Positions 1 to 20,819 of a stretch of DNA of 64,000 bases are shown in pieces (the stretch's first letter is position 1; every line of letters begins with the position of its first letter). The translations under genes and the position numbers were made by a program. This DNA is from the human T2T-CHM13v2.0 reference genome, Homo sapiens, in NCBI RefSeq assembly GCF_009914755.1, contig NC_060939.1; one strand, given 5' to 3'. The notes beneath the pieces were generated by a model. It saw only the letters and a list, made by a program, of their open reading frames with translations, did no database searches and was not told the DNA's origin.

Positions 1-160
1 CTTCCTATGTATTGCCCAGTCACGTCCTTTCTGCATATTTCTATTGGGTAAGTTTTTTTCCTTATCAGTTCCAAGAGCTCCTTATATATTACAGATATTA
101 ACTCAGAAATCAAGAATGTTGCAGATATTTTCCCCAATCTGTTCTTGTGTTTTAACTTTT

Positions 161-418
161 ATTACTTTTTATTTATTTATTTATTTGAGACAAGGTCTTG
201 CTCTGTTGCCCAGGCTGGAGTGCAGTGGCCCAATCACGAACTCCTGGGCTCAGACAATTCTCCCACTTCTGCCTCCATGCCTGGCTAATTTATAAATTTT
301 TTTTGTAAAGACAGGGTCTCCCTAGGTTGCCCTGGCTTCTCTTGGCGTCCTCAAGTGATCCTCCCACCTTGGCCTGGCAAAGTGTTGGGATTACAGTCAT
401 GAGTCACTGCACCTGGCC
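161..418 (-). mobile_element. Alu (old, AluJ-like, internally deleted)
   Basis: Reverse Alu consensus; TSD tgttttaactttt at 148-160 and 420-432. Confidence 0.85.
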
Positions 419-1339
419 ATGTTTTAACTTTTTATAGTCAAGCTTGTCTTTTCTCTTCTGGATTCTAGATTTCCTGTTATGCATAAGCAATACCCCCCAC
501 CCATGCCATGCTCCAATCTTGAAATTATACACATTTTCTCCTAAATTTATTCCATTTTTTTATTTTTCATTTAGGGTTAATTCATTCATAATGATTTTAT
601 TCATGGCTGGAGGTGTTATTTTCCAGATCAATAACCAATTATGTTAGCAGTATTAATTAAATAAATCATCTTCTCTCCCACTGAACTAAAATGCCATCTT
701 TATCATGTATTAAATTTGAATATATACTCAGATTTTTTTTGACTTTCTGGTCTTCTGATCTGTACACTTATTTATAAGCTAAAGTCATACAGTTTTAAAA
801 TTATTATATTAGCTTTCTAGAAAGTTTTAATAGCTGGTAAGGGAATCCCACCCACTGTCTTTTCACAATTAAATATTTTTGTTGTCAGTTCTAAAACATT
901 TAGAATTTCTCCAATATAAATGCTAAGTACTTTTTGTATAGCCCCAGGAAAACACCATTGATATTCTGATTGGAATTAATTTAAGGTACATATTTATTTG
1001 GAAATCACTGACATTTATGATGATTAATTCTTCCATTCAAGGACATCCTGTGTCTCACAATTAGTTGAAATATTGTTTTTACACCCTGTAACAAAATGTA
1101 TAGCTTTCTTCATGGAGGTCTCATAATTTTTGGTAAATTTTAACAGTTAATTTTTCTAAGTAAATAATATAATGGCTATACAGCACTTAACCCAAAAATC
1201 CAGTGTGTAGTAACTATTACAAATGTTAGGTATTAAAATTATTGTTGTTATTTTGATTATTAGCTTTACTTATTCTCATTGAGTAAAATCATAGAAAATA
1301 TAAAGCTTGAAAAAGCTCTTTGCTGGTTAACTCACATGG

Positions 1340-2204
<865 letters not shown>

Positions 2205-2269
2205 AGTAAGTAAAGCATTAATAAATTGACCTATATTAAGATTAAGAACTGTTTATTGAAAGGCACCAT

Positions 2270-4890
<2,621 letters not shown>

Positions 4891-4994
4891 AAAGATCTCA
4901 TTAAGAAAAAGAAAAGTCAAGACTCAGTGTGCGAGGAAATATTTGCAATGTGTAACCATAGAGGTACAAACCAGAGATACAAGAAAGTACCTGT

Positions 4995-5665
<671 letters not shown>

Positions 5666-5833
5666 AGAAAACAAAACAAAGAAACAGAAAAGCAACTCAA
5701 TGAGCAAAAGACACACAGGCCTGCAGAAAAATGAGCAAAAGACGTGGACACTTCATAAAAGAGGTTATTAACATAGCCAATAAATATATGAAAATAAATG
5801 TTCAGTTTCATTAGTAATCAGAAAACTGTAAGA

Positions 5834-5894
5834 CCCTAATCCTAACCCGACTACTACTCCTAACCCTAATCTGAAACCTTAACTCTAAATCCTA
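5834..5894 (+). repeat. Degenerate (CCCTAA)n telomere-like tract
   Basis: ccctaa tcctaa cccgac tactac tcctaa ccctaa tctgaa accttaa ctctaa atccta. Confidence 0.55.
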
Positions 5895-6287
5895 CCATAA
5901 TGGCTATAATTTAAAATTTAAAACTCTTGGGACATTACCCTTCCTCTCCTCCCCAGAGGGAACCACAGCTCTTGCTGCTACTGGCTGGTTGTGTTTTGAG
6001 TTTGAATGGTATATTCTTTTGAATCTGGCTTCTTTCACTCAATGTTCTGTTTGTGAGATTCACCCACACTGCTATGTCTCGCACCAGGTCATTCATTTTG
6101 GTTACTGTGTTGTATCCCATTGTAGAATAGATTATGGTTTACTTATTCATTATTTCTGTTGCTGAGCATTTGGGTTGTTTCCAGTTCTGGTCTATTACAA
6201 ATAACACTGCTATGTGGAGTGAAAGAAGTCAGATACATAAAAATGCATACAGTGTGCTTCCATTCCACTGGCTCACTCAGTCTATTG

Positions 6288-6289
<2 letters not shown>

Positions 6290-6326
<37 letters not shown>

Positions 6327-6614
6327 TGTGTTCTGAGACAAGGCCTGGCTCTGTTGCCCAGGCTGGGGGGCAGTGGCACAATCTCACCTCACTGCAACCT
6401 CCACAGCCCAGGCTCAAACATCCTCCCACCTCAGCCTTCCAAGTAGCTGGGACCACAGGTACGTGCCACCACACCCAGTTCATTTTTGTATTTTTGGTAG
6501 AGATGGGTTTTTTCCACGTTGGCCAGGCTGATCTTGAGCTCATGAGCTCAAGTGATCCACCCGTCGCGGCCTCCCAAAGTGCTGGGATTATAGGCGTGAG
6601 GCACCATGCCCAGC
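6290..6614 (-). mobile_element. Alu whose tail is a (TG)n/(CA)n microsatellite (6290-6330)
   Basis: ~20 TG units followed directly by reverse Alu sequence. Confidence 0.88.
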
Positions 6615-7137
6615 TTCCAGTCTACGGTTTTAAAGGGAAAGGATGGTACCTGGCAGAGGACATGAGGGAGGCTCTTCTGTTTCTGGATCCTGGTGATGGC
6701 ACAAGGGTGGGCTCACTCTGTGATTCTGTGAGTGGTACACTTAGGATTTGCACCATTCCACACTTCAATCAAAACCGACCTAGGAAACTCAAAACTCACT
6801 TGAGACCAAATTGGGCAATGTATTTCTTTTGCTATCCACAAGCTACTAAAGCCACTTTCTGAAGACAGGCAAGCTGGAGCTACTCCAGATGGAGGCTGGC
6901 CATGGGGCATTTGTCATGGGTATTATTTACAGGCTTGAGTATTCCTCCTAGGCTGCCCTGCTTTTTGGTTTACTTCTCAGACATCCTTGATTCATGGGCT
7001 CTATATAGTACCTCCTTGGGTCTTCACCCCATCCTCACAGTTGCTGGCGATGGCTTTTCCATTCTTGACTGTAAGTAATAAGAGCTGATAGTATCAATGA
7101 CAATAGAATCCATTCACTCTTTTAGGGACTTCCTTTA

Positions 7138-7527
<390 letters not shown>

Positions 7528-9315
7528 CTAACTATCCTAAATTCTGTTACATTGACACAAACAAAGATACTTGTTCCATTATAAGTTTCTGGAGAAATCA
7601 GAATGAAAAGCTCCATGCCAGTATTATTTCAACAGTCCCTGAAACACGGCTTTGGTGAAGCACTTGAAGAGCTAATGCTTTATACATGGGCATCTCCACT
7701 CGGCATCTGGAGTGTTAGTTGCACTTGCTATATTTTAATTTATTAGAATATGTATTTTAAAACAGTAGGCTGGAAATCTGACATATATCCTGATTTTTTT
7801 TATCACATTGTCATATAAGGGTGTTTCTAAATTCATTGCCTTTCAGAAGAGAATAGAGCTCCTTGAAAATCGATTAAGTATATTTAATCACGCAATCCAG
7901 TCTCTCAGAGGCACCGGAAACATTCTGCTGCTCCCTTGACAGGATGGGCTGTGAGTCTGGCCAGGCCTTTCTGCCTAGCCTTACTGCACAGTCATACTTC
8001 TCCTCCGGAATCCTGCCACCCTCCCAGGTGCCACGGCCTCCCTGGTTGTTCCTCTGCCCAGGGTAGAGCCCAAGGGAACAGGTCACAGGCGCCCTTCCCT
8101 GGGAAGCACCAGTCCACTCCCGGCCTTCTCGACAACTCTTCCACTCTGCCAAGGGGGAAAAATCTTTCCTGGCCTGGGGGTTCAGGGTGGAGGGTAGAAA
8201 GCTGTGTTCTTTCTCCAGGGTAGTTCTCCCAGGTGCCGCATACACGAGGTTTCTTCCATCACCCCAAGACTGAGGCATTGGAAAAGCGAAGGCCAGTGTC
8301 TGAATCTTTGCCCTTCCCTACTTTCTGCTGATCATCCTTCCCTAAGTGACCTAGAAAGCTGACAACATGGGGAAGGGGAATCTGGCTATTATTTCAAATA
8401 TTACCCACCCTCTCCCATACTAGCAGCCCTGGGTCTCTCGTGCCTCCTGTCTAATCAAATCCCAGAAAATGACTGAGCCTCCACCTGACTCAGTATTCAT
8501 GTCTGCCCAGGTATTCTAACCTTGTGTCCTGCTGTACAAAGTTCAACAGGAATTACTTCCAGGTTTGAGTGTGGTCTGGGGTTGTCTTCACACCATGGCC
8601 TTCTACTAACTTGCCAGGTAAAGACTTGACTGTTTGGGATCTGCTGCCTCCCCGCCCCCCACCCCCACCAGCCAAGATCCCTGTGTCAAAATCCAGTGTG
8701 ATCTCAGTGGAAAAAGCGTATCTAGGACCCAAGATCTGGTACTTGTCACCCCATGACCCACTCCGACTCGTCCTGTCACACTGAGCAAATTGTTCAAAAC
8801 TCTGTGGCTTGGTGTTGTTGCAAAGTATCAATGACATTTGCTTCCTCCCTTCCTGACAGTTACGTGGGGAGAGCCAGTGAAACACTGTACTACCGTCACT
8901 AGCAAACAACAGCTTATTGGACTTGAGACACTTTCACATCTATTATCGCATCTATCCAAATACTTGGCTTCAGAAAAAATAATCCTCATGGGGTATACAA
9001 ATATAAAGGAGGAGAAATTGCTCTTTAATACACCAAAAAATACCGAGTTCCTTTATCTTCCGGAATTCCGTTCCCTAGCACAGTATTTCCATTTTGATGG
9101 GTTTTTCTGCTATTCACTCCTCAAGCATGTCTTTATTTCATTCACAAAGGGAAAACTCACATGGTGGAGCAGCAGTGCGTTCAGCTCTGTGTGGTCCAGC
9201 AATTGGAAAGGGATCTCTTGGAAGGAGCAAGGAAGCTACCGCAGTGATCTTGGTGAAGTAGCCAGGTTTGCTGAAATCAATAGGAGGTTTGCAGCCAAAC
9301 GACTCTCTGGTCTTG

Positions 9316-9652
<337 letters not shown>

Positions 9653-9788
9653 TCAGACTGGGCATCCCATCAGCTTCTCCCTCTTCCCTCCAGCCTCACA
9701 CATCTTGTTTCTTACCCATACTTCTCCTTTATTCCACAGCAACACCAAAAAGTCCAAAGCTCCCCAACCAGTTAAGACTATTTAGATC

Positions 9789-9905
9789 TTTTTTTTTTTT
9801 TTTGAGATGGGGTCTTGCTATGTTGCCCAGGCTGGCCTTGAACTCCTGGGCCCAAGTGATCCTCCTGCCTCAGCCTTCTGAGTAGCCAGGAATATGGGCA
9901 TGGCG
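9789..9905 (-). mobile_element. Alu monomer/fragment (FLAM-like)
   Basis: Poly(T) followed by gagatggggtcttgctatgttgcccaggctgg... Confidence 0.75.
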
Positions 9906-10014
9906 GCTTCAATCTTTTTGATTCAAGAGGCAATTATTAAGTTCAAGATGGGGTTTATCTAAATGACCACATTACTTAAATAAGAAAATACTGCAACAAA
10001 AGCCCATTTGATAA

Positions 10015-10446
<432 letters not shown>

Positions 10447-11362
10447 TGAGGGTCTCTTCCATGGAACACCAAATCTAGAGACCCATAGTGGGCAGAACAG
10501 ACCCTTGCCCTCCAAATGTGCTTTATCACCCTCAGCATTCTCTTTCCTCTTCCAGCCCCTTCTTACCATCTTTCCAAACTCATCCTTGCACTTGTCATCA
10601 GCCTTTGTCATCAGCTGATGAGGCCATCAGCTGCTTGTTTTCATCTGGGGGAACCACCAGGGCTCAAACCACAGCCAGAGAAGACACATGCCTCCTGAAC
10701 CCACCCTCCATGCTCTTAATTTCCTTCCCAGCCCCCTGTTTATCATGGATGGTCTCCATTTTAAACAGAAAATCACTTCTTGTCACCTGTCCTGTCAAAA
10801 GTCTTCTGTTAATCCAGTCTGACCTGGTAGCCCCATTGCCCAGCTGTCTGTTTCCAACCTTCAGCTATTTTTCTGGAGGTGACTTAGCAAGCTGCACTCA
10901 CTCTTCTCCCCTGAGAGTTCCCCGGGCCCATGGCTGCCTGGGGAGACATGTGCAAGTATTACCACCGCTCAAGATGCATTTCTCATGATGAGGCAGAAGT
11001 GAAACAAAGCAAGCCTGTACCTCATTTTCATTCACCACCGAGGAATTGCAAATGTTGTGAAAGTGAAACACATTTGCATTCTTCCAATCACCTAATTTAT
11101 CTGGATTTCCACCTTCATTTGTTAAATAAAGGATTCAGTGAAGCAAAATCAACAAGGCTTTGGGAACTCTTATAAAAACAAATAAAATAAATATTGTGAT
11201 TCTACAATATGTTTTGACATATTTTGTATTATCTCTTTATGATTCTGGCTGGGGGCAGGAGGGGAAGGATTGACAATTGCTGTAAATCAGGCTTTTCCTG
11301 AATGCAATAGCTGTATTTCAGGGACTTCACGCTTATAGAATTTTAGAGCCAGAAACAATTTG

Positions 11363-12135
<773 letters not shown>

Positions 12136-13172
12136 AATCTTAGAAATAGTGGCATCTTGTTCCCTTAATGACAGCTAAGGAAGCTAAGGTCCGAGAGTTA
12201 TAACCTCTGAGTGAGTTGGCCAACATCACACCAGAAGTTAATCACCAAACCAGAACTTGAACCCAGACTTTCTATATTTTAAAACATTGCAATTTAGCAG
12301 CCACATATTTTACTCATTCAGTGCTTACCAAAAGCAAGAACTGGACTAGGCAGCATGGAGATTCCAGGATAAAGAATACAATCATGGTCCCTAACCACAA
12401 GGTCACAGGAGTGGTGTGGAGTGGGATATACCGAATGAGATTACCCAGTAGAATGGAGCACACTTCATCAGAAAGTTACAACTGAACACCCTTGACAGTT
12501 CAAAGGCAGGCCTGATTTCCACCGCCACCCTCAGGGCAGGCTTTGCGGAGGAGGTAACATCTGAGTTGGGCCTTGAAGTATAGATGGATTTAGGCAGATG
12601 GGGATGAATGGGGTGGGGCTAGGCTGAGAGTCCACGATTTAACCCCGATGTCTCCAAATCTAACTCTGTGAGCTTCAACTATGGCAGTATTAATCAAAGG
12701 CTCCAGCTCTGAGTTACCCTTTTGGCTGCTGATGACTAAACTTCGGGGCTATCTGGAAGGAGGGCCTTGGTAGCTTTTGTAAGAACTTCAGTTGCCTTGG
12801 CTGCCACTGACATTTTTATTGATGATGCTGACACTTTGTGATCGAGAAATTGAAACCAGCTTCCTGACCATAGCTATCGACGTCATCCAGACAATCCCCC
12901 AATACAGTGCAAAAACAATTTCAAGTAGTTTGTGAGTCCATAAATTATCCTTGCCTGCTGATTTAGCCGCTTGCGAGTTGATGTAGGAAATTTACTATTG
13001 AGGAGGTGGTAAGAGGTTAGAAAGGGTGGGCTTGAGTTGAGGGCAGCATTTCCCCAACCACAGGCCAGGAGTCTTCAGGAAGGTGGGAGTGGAGGGGTGG
13101 CCAGCGGAGGCCCATTACAGAAATGTGTTCAATCAGACTCATTGTCCACCACATTTAGAAAGCCCACAGGTG

Positions 13173-13473
13173 GGCCGGGTATGGCGGCTCATGCCTATAA
13201 TCTCGTACTTTGGGAGGCTGAGGTGGGCGGATCACCTGAGGTCAGGAGTTCTGGACCAGCCTGGCCAACTTGGTGAAACCCCGTCTCTACTAATCACACA
13301 AAAATGAGCCGGGTGTGGTGGCAGGCGCCTGTAATCCCAGATTCTCAGGAGGCTGAGGCAAGATAATTGCTTGAACCTGGTAGGTGGAGGCTGCAGTGAG
13401 CCAAGATCACGCCACTGCACTCCAGGCTGGGCTGGGCGACAGGGTGAGATCCGTCTCAAAAAAAATAAAGAAA
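13173..13473 (+). mobile_element. Alu (AluS-like)
   Basis: Full Alu; TSD agaaa(g/a)cccacaggtg. Confidence 0.9.
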
Positions 13474-13754
13474 AGAAAACCCACAGGTGTTGATGAATGC
13501 CAGGCCCATGTAATTGACTAACGTGTAGACGGCATCATTTGAATGAAGGGTTTTGAAATTATAAAGCAAGATCCATTAATGAGTCATGATATTAAATTTG
13601 TGGCACCAATCCAGCACTAAAAAGGAGATTAAAACATTGGAGGGATAAGTAATGCTTTGTAGAATTTTTGTTTCAGTTGCTTGCATGTGTGTGCAATGAA
13701 AAATGTATTTCCTTTTGATGTGGTCACTGACAAAACAGTTTGTGTTTTATCTAC

Positions 13755-14030
13755 TTTATTTTTTTTTAAATATTTTATTTTTGGAAACAGGGTCTTGCTT
13801 GTCACCCAGGCTGGAGTGCAGTGGTGATCACAGCTCCCTGCATCTTCAAACTCCTGGGCTCAAGCGATCCTCCTGCCTCAGCCTTCTGAGTAGCTGGGAC
13901 TACAGGCACACCACCACGCCTAGCCAAGTTTTTTATGTTTAGTAAGAGATGAGGCCTCACTATGTTGCCCAGGCTGGTCTTGAACTCCTGGCCTCAAGTG
14001 ATCCTCCTGCCTCAGCCTCCCAAAGTACTT
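13755..14030 (-). mobile_element. Alu (AluJ-like), 5'-truncated
   Basis: Reverse Alu ending at cctcccaaagt. Confidence 0.85.
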
Positions 14031-14043
14031 CAAAGTACTTTAG

Positions 14044-14750
<707 letters not shown>

Positions 14751-15536
14751 AAAATTTACTAATTTTTAGTGTGCAGCTTAAGGAACTAGAATGTATAGTT
14801 GTGTTACCACCACGCAAGTCAAGATGTGGAAGAGTTCTGTTTTACCAAGAAGGTTCCTGTTCCCCTTCTCAGTCAGTCCCCTTCCATCACCTAGCCTGTC
14901 ATGTACAAGGGGGGCCAACGAATCTAGGGCAGAAGCAGAAGGAGGGGTGAGTTGATCAATATGTATTGAGGATCCACAGCACGTAGGGCTTTGTAGGTCA
15001 GATGTCCAGGGCTTTGGGTTTACTCTAAAAGAAATGGGGAGGCACGGGAGGGTTTTGAGAGAAGGACTGATCCGATTTAGGTTTTGAAAAGACTATGGAG
15101 AAACTACTTTACATATACACAAGGGGTGAACAAATAAAAAACTATACTACAGGTAATGAGAGCCAGGCTTCTCACTGCTGGAGAAAGAAGTTACAAATGA
15201 GAAATAAGGGAAGGAAGGCTAGAACAATCCTTGTGGATGGGAGTTGGAGGCATCAGTATGAACTTGTGTGTGGACAGCCAGCTAGATACATAGAGAAATA
15301 AATATAGACATGCCTGTAGACACGGATTACATGTGTGTGCATGTGTGTATGTGTGTGTATGTATGTGTGTTGCTATCTTAACAATAGTAAATCTTCTAAT
15401 CCATGAACACAGGCTGTCTTTCCATCAGTTTAGGTCTCTTTAAAAATGTATCTTAAGAATGTTTGGTCATTTTCAGGGTGCAAGTCTTGAATTTCTTTTG
15501 TTAAATTTATTCCTAAGTAATTTTTTTATATTATGA

Positions 15537-15876
<340 letters not shown>

Positions 15877-17230
15877 TGGATGGAACTTCTAAATTAAAGT
15901 TCCATTTACACAAAAATAAAAACAGTAAATGAATATTAACTGAATTTTTGGATTGTTTATTGCTAATGGGTAGAGGAGTATTGAGAGTTCCCGGTATGCT
16001 GTCGAGGTGTGGCTGCTGAGACCTTCACACTTAACGAACTGGGACAAGATACAGCAGAAGCGGAGGCAGGTGAAAGGGTAAAATCCCACGGGCTCTTGAG
16101 AGGTTTGGAGGAAACTGTAATAGAAGGACCGTAAAATCAAGTGACTTTTGCTAAGTGCCACTAACTCATTAAGAGAGAAAATGTCAGTCTCAGATCTGTT
16201 GCTCAGTGATTTACAGCCAATTGTGAGAGTCACAGGGCCTACTTGGCTGCCTTTAAAGAGACCCTCACCCCCTGCAGGCAGAAGGCAAAGAGAATGGAAG
16301 AGCAGGCACAGCTTCTAATTGTAAGAGAGGCTGAGTTCTCATTCTAGGCAAGTCTCTAATGTCAAAGCCAGGGCTCTGAAGGGAAAGGAGTGGGACTGTG
16401 AGACTTGGGATGGGGGTATTTGGGGACTGCAGGTAAGAACCAAGGATCTCCAGATTCCCCTGCAGAAGTGACCCACTCCCCCTTTCAGGAATATAGGCCC
16501 CTGCCCCCAACCACCAACTTCTGCCAGAAGACTACGCAGAGGCCACAAATGTTAGGCAGGGGCTTTACAAGGCAATGCCTTCCCTTCATGGTCCACCAGC
16601 ACCTCTCTCCTGGCCACCAGATCTGTATCTAACGTCAAACCTCAGCAAGCCCAGCTGGGAAGTACTGGGCCAGCTCAGGAAGGAGGGGAATTATACAGCA
16701 AAGGTGCTACACAACCTGATTCATGCATGTCAGCAGGGACTGGAGCGGAAAGCCTGGGAATGGGAGGATAGGTGGTCTGTAAGGTGCTGGGTCAAGGTGG
16801 GCTTGTGGGTCAAGGCTATATGGCTGGAGTATGAGAGAGTTGTTGGTGTGCGGGCAGTGTCCTGCGACAAGGATTCACTCCCTGGCAAGGGCCTTGGGCA
16901 GCTGCTAGTGTGCTGCTGGGGTAGCCCTGGGAAGCCTGGGAAAGGGATAGTACACATTAAATGAATGAAGTAGAGATGCCAGGACACACAATGCAGGAGG
17001 GAAGGAACAAATATCAGAGAAGTGGGCGTAAGACCAGAAAACCCACCAGGCTAGCTACGTTCCTTGGGCGGCCTGGAGGATCCTCCATCTATCACAGTGA
17101 TAAGGAAGCAGCTGGTGAGGGGCACCACCCCACTGAGAAGCTGAGTGGTACCTGTCCTCTGGAGGGGAGGGACTGACAGAAGAGACGCTGTTACAGAGCT
17201 GGCCTCTCTGGTGGGCATGAGAAGACGCAG

Positions 17231-17394
17231 CAGTGGCTCTCAAACTAGCATGCATTCAAATCAACTGGAGGCTTGTCAAAACACACAAGGTTTCATCCGC
17301 AGGTCTGGGCCGGGGCTAGAGAGTGTACATTTCTAAAACGTTCCCAGGTGATGCTGCTGTTGCTCATCCAGATACTAGACTTTGAGAGCCACTG
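17231..17394. mobile_element. MER5-type hAT-Charlie MITE
   Basis: Perfect 14-bp terminal inverted repeats cagtggctctcaaa / tttgagagccactg; internal ttcccaggtgatgctg motif. Confidence 0.8.
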
Positions 17395-19289
17395 GCTACA
17401 GGCCTAGCAGAGGGCGGATGGCAGCCCATAAGTCTCATAAAAAAGGTGAGTATAATTACTGTTATGAGCTGCAAAGTTGGAATGGCCATGGGGGTGGGGA
17501 GTGAACTAAGGGTTCTACAGACTCAGGGATCTGAGGGATCTGTGAATCATAGAACACGGTGTTCCTAGGGGAAAGATAAATGGGCTGCCGGCAGAAACAT
17601 CCCCAAGTATATATATAATCAAAAACACTTCTAAGCCAAGTTATGATCCAGTTTTCTGACCCTGAGCCACCAGAACACACTGGCTGAAAGGACCCGACAA
17701 CCTCTATGGCAAGTGAGAGCCTTGGTCCTTCCCCAGAGCGACTGCAGCCAGTTAGGACGCGAGCACTCATTTCTTTTCAGGATGGTTGGTTCCTACTGTG
17801 GCGTCCAAATTGATGCGGATACCCAGGGACCCATAGCACCACCATGGCCCCCGTGTTAGAGTAGGGATCTATGGGGGTCATGTCATCCACAGAGCCCTGC
17901 CCAAGACACAGCGGGGTCAGAACAGCAGTCTGGGCTGCAGCGACACATCCGAGGATCACTGGCATGTTACTGTATTTAAAGCCATGAGATTGGATTGGAG
18001 CAGCAGCAGGTAGATAGAGAAGAGGTGAGTGGCTAAACGACTGGTGGGTGGCAATTAGGGAGAAGCAGGCACTTGTGACAGCGTTGGGGGAAGAGAGCAA
18101 CTTCCCCAAGCTCTCTGGCCTCCCCAGGCCCCGGGTCTATGAGGAAAACGGCTGTGTCTTTCTCCTTTCTGTGTTCCCAGGGCCCAGCCCAGCACCAGGC
18201 ACACAGAGGGGACTCAAAAACTAGCTTTCGAGTTACCCTATCATGAACACCACCAACAAACTCCACAGAAAATGTGCTTCTAAGGGCAGGGAGAGCAAAT
18301 ATGCTGTTCTTTGACGGCAAATTATTCTTTTTTTAGTTCTTCAGTGGAAGTGAGAAGTCTTGTCCCTGTTGGGAAGATTAAACAGGGGATGTTTCTTTGT
18401 CACTTGGGGCTCTTCCCAAGTTCATTTGTAATGATTATGACATGACTTTCCAAATTAAGAGAGGGAAGTTGTGCAGCTTAGATTACTGCATTTTTTTTAT
18501 GTGACAAATGCTATTTTTGTACCTTTTGAAAAGGCAGCCTATACCCCAACAAACACCTGCTGTGCTCCTATGAAACAGTGACAAATGATCTACCCACCCA
18601 AAATAGCCAGAAGAGCTGTGACAGAGTGGGGACACTGTGGGCTCTGAGCAAGAGTGGCTGGATTCGGATTTTGGAGTGAGACGGAGCATGAAGACGCTGT
18701 GTCCTGAGGCCTTTACATTCTCATCTTACTTATCCCTTGTAGCGATCCTATGAGGGAGGGGTTATCCTTACTTTACAGATGAGGAAACTGAGTCTGGGAG
18801 GCTCAAGGACCAGCTCGTCCCTGTCCTCCTGCTCCCTAGACCCAGCTGGTCTCAGACCCTGCGGAGCTGCCATCATCTGCATCTGTGCCCTGACTCTTCA
18901 GCCTCTCTCCCTGGCCTTCTGGAGACAGACCTCTGACCGGTGGGCTCCATGTGATTCTGGGCTCCAGGACCTCTCCCATGAAGATGACCAGCACTTGCTG
19001 AGTGCGGTGTGCCAAGTCTTGTGCAACACGTCTCACACAGCGTAACGGGCAGTGTGGCAAAGTGGATAAGGTAAGGGTTCAAATCCTGGTTCTGCCACTT
19101 TTTACTTGCACGGGCTCGGGCAAGCTGACCACCCTGTGGCTCAGCCTCCACATCATTCACCTCGAGCTGATGGTACCCACTGCACGGGCTGCTGTACTGA
19201 TTGTGAGTTCATCCACATGAAGAGCTCAGAACAGTGCCTGGCGTGGCAAGACTATACAAGGACTAACTCTGATGGTGGGAGCCAGGAGG

Positions 19290-19430
19290 TTTCCTTGTGG
19301 TCCTTGCCTGGCAGCATCTTCCTCACCTGGGAATGGACTAATGCTTAGCCCACTCCAGGCTACTGACTCTGAAACTCTGTGTGTGGGGCCCAGGGATCTG
19401 CATTTTAACAAGCTCTCCATTGAGGCCAAT
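19290..19430. mobile_element. MER5-type fragment
   Basis: tactgactctgaaactctg...ggggcccagggatctgcattttaacaagctc motif. Confidence 0.65.
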
Positions 19431-20819
19431 GGACGTGAAAGCTTAGTCTTTCTAACACCTCTATAAGAAGGTCTATTTTGTTCTCATTATTACTATTACA
19501 TGGATAAGGAGGTGGGCTCAGAGGGGTTGTCATGCCTAAGCTTATGCTGGTACTAAGTGCCAGGATGCAAAGTGGGTCAGTCCACTCCACACCACTGTGC
19601 CTGGCCCAGCCCTTCCCGCCAGCTCGACGCACTTCCCTTTCCCACTGGCTTCATTTCCTACCTGGCCAAGCCTGTCGGGGGCAAGCATGCCTCTCAGTCC
19701 ACAAACTTAGGGAGGCAGGGAATAAGCACAGGGTGATGAAAACTCAATCCCCATCCATTCAAGGGGTTAGAGACCTGATCCCCTTCCCTAGATTGCACCA
19801 GAACTGTTGAGGACTTACACAGTGCTAAGGCACCAGGGTGGGAGGCCCACCTGGTCCTCATGCCACCCATCAGTGCTGGCATCCACTAGCCTTCCAAGAG
19901 AGCCCTAGATCTTCATCCCTACAGGCAGAGGCTGGGACAGTGGACCACTTTGGATAGTTAACCAGCTTGTTCACTGCACAAACATATCCGGATGGGGTGA
20001 TCAGTGGGACTGAAATCCCACCTGTGCTGTCCTTGCTGAGCTATGGAAGTGGGTGCAGGACAGCCTCCACCCTGAGGCAGGGCATCTCTTCCTTAGCACC
20101 AAGGAACCATCCACGGACCAGGTCATGCACCCAGTGGGCTCATCCATCTTCCCACAAAGGGTGCCTTTTCCCAATTTGCACAAAGGAACCTTAGAGACGG
20201 ATGTGGCCCTGCTGGTGTGGCCCCATGCTGGTGGAGTGGCTCCCACAGGTCTGCGGTCCTCTGCCACTTCCAGGTGGTGCTCAGGCCCCTGGCCTCACTC
20301 AGGCTGGGGGAGATGGGGTGCAGGGCGAGGGCATGGAGGAAGGCTATCCTGGGCCATGCTGTGGCCCTTCCGCTCAGGCCCACAACTTCCCCAAGGCTAC
20401 CTCTGGGAAGTAGGGCACAAGGGGCCCGTGGGATCGTTGCTTGGATCCCACAACATAACTGGGGTTTTGCTGTCTCCTGGGGCTCTGCCCAGGAAGGGGT
20501 GCAAATCTCCCTTCACTATGACCCAGGGCTGTGCTTCCATTCCACTCCATCACCCCTCCTTCAATATTTTCTTGCCTCTGCGGAAACCCAACGCTACTCA
20601 GCCTTCCTTCAGGATTTTCTCCCCAACTTTTTTCCAGCTAGAAGTCTTCCCCGAGTTCCTAAAATCTTGGATTTTGGAGACCAGTCAGGCCTTTTCTTTT
20701 CGTCTAGGGCATAGGCTTCCCTTCAGGCAGTGAGCAGAAGGAATGAGCTGGGGTAGGGGGAGAGGGAAGAGCAGATCTATTAATCGCCCCACCCCACAAT
20801 AACTGCACATGCCTGGGAG

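Noticed and set aside
6134-6862. 242-aa ORF
   Set aside because: Chimera of L1, (TG)n and antisense Alu translation
16430-19076. Isolated strong donor motifs (gcag|gtaaga ~16433, aaag|gtgagt ~17446, aag|gtaagg 19071) as upstream non-coding exons
   Set aside because: Such motifs are frequent by chance; cannot be paired into exons without transcript data
20053-20733. 226-aa and 165-aa overlapping ORFs
   Set aside because: No domain or splice support; consistent with chance in GC-rich DNA
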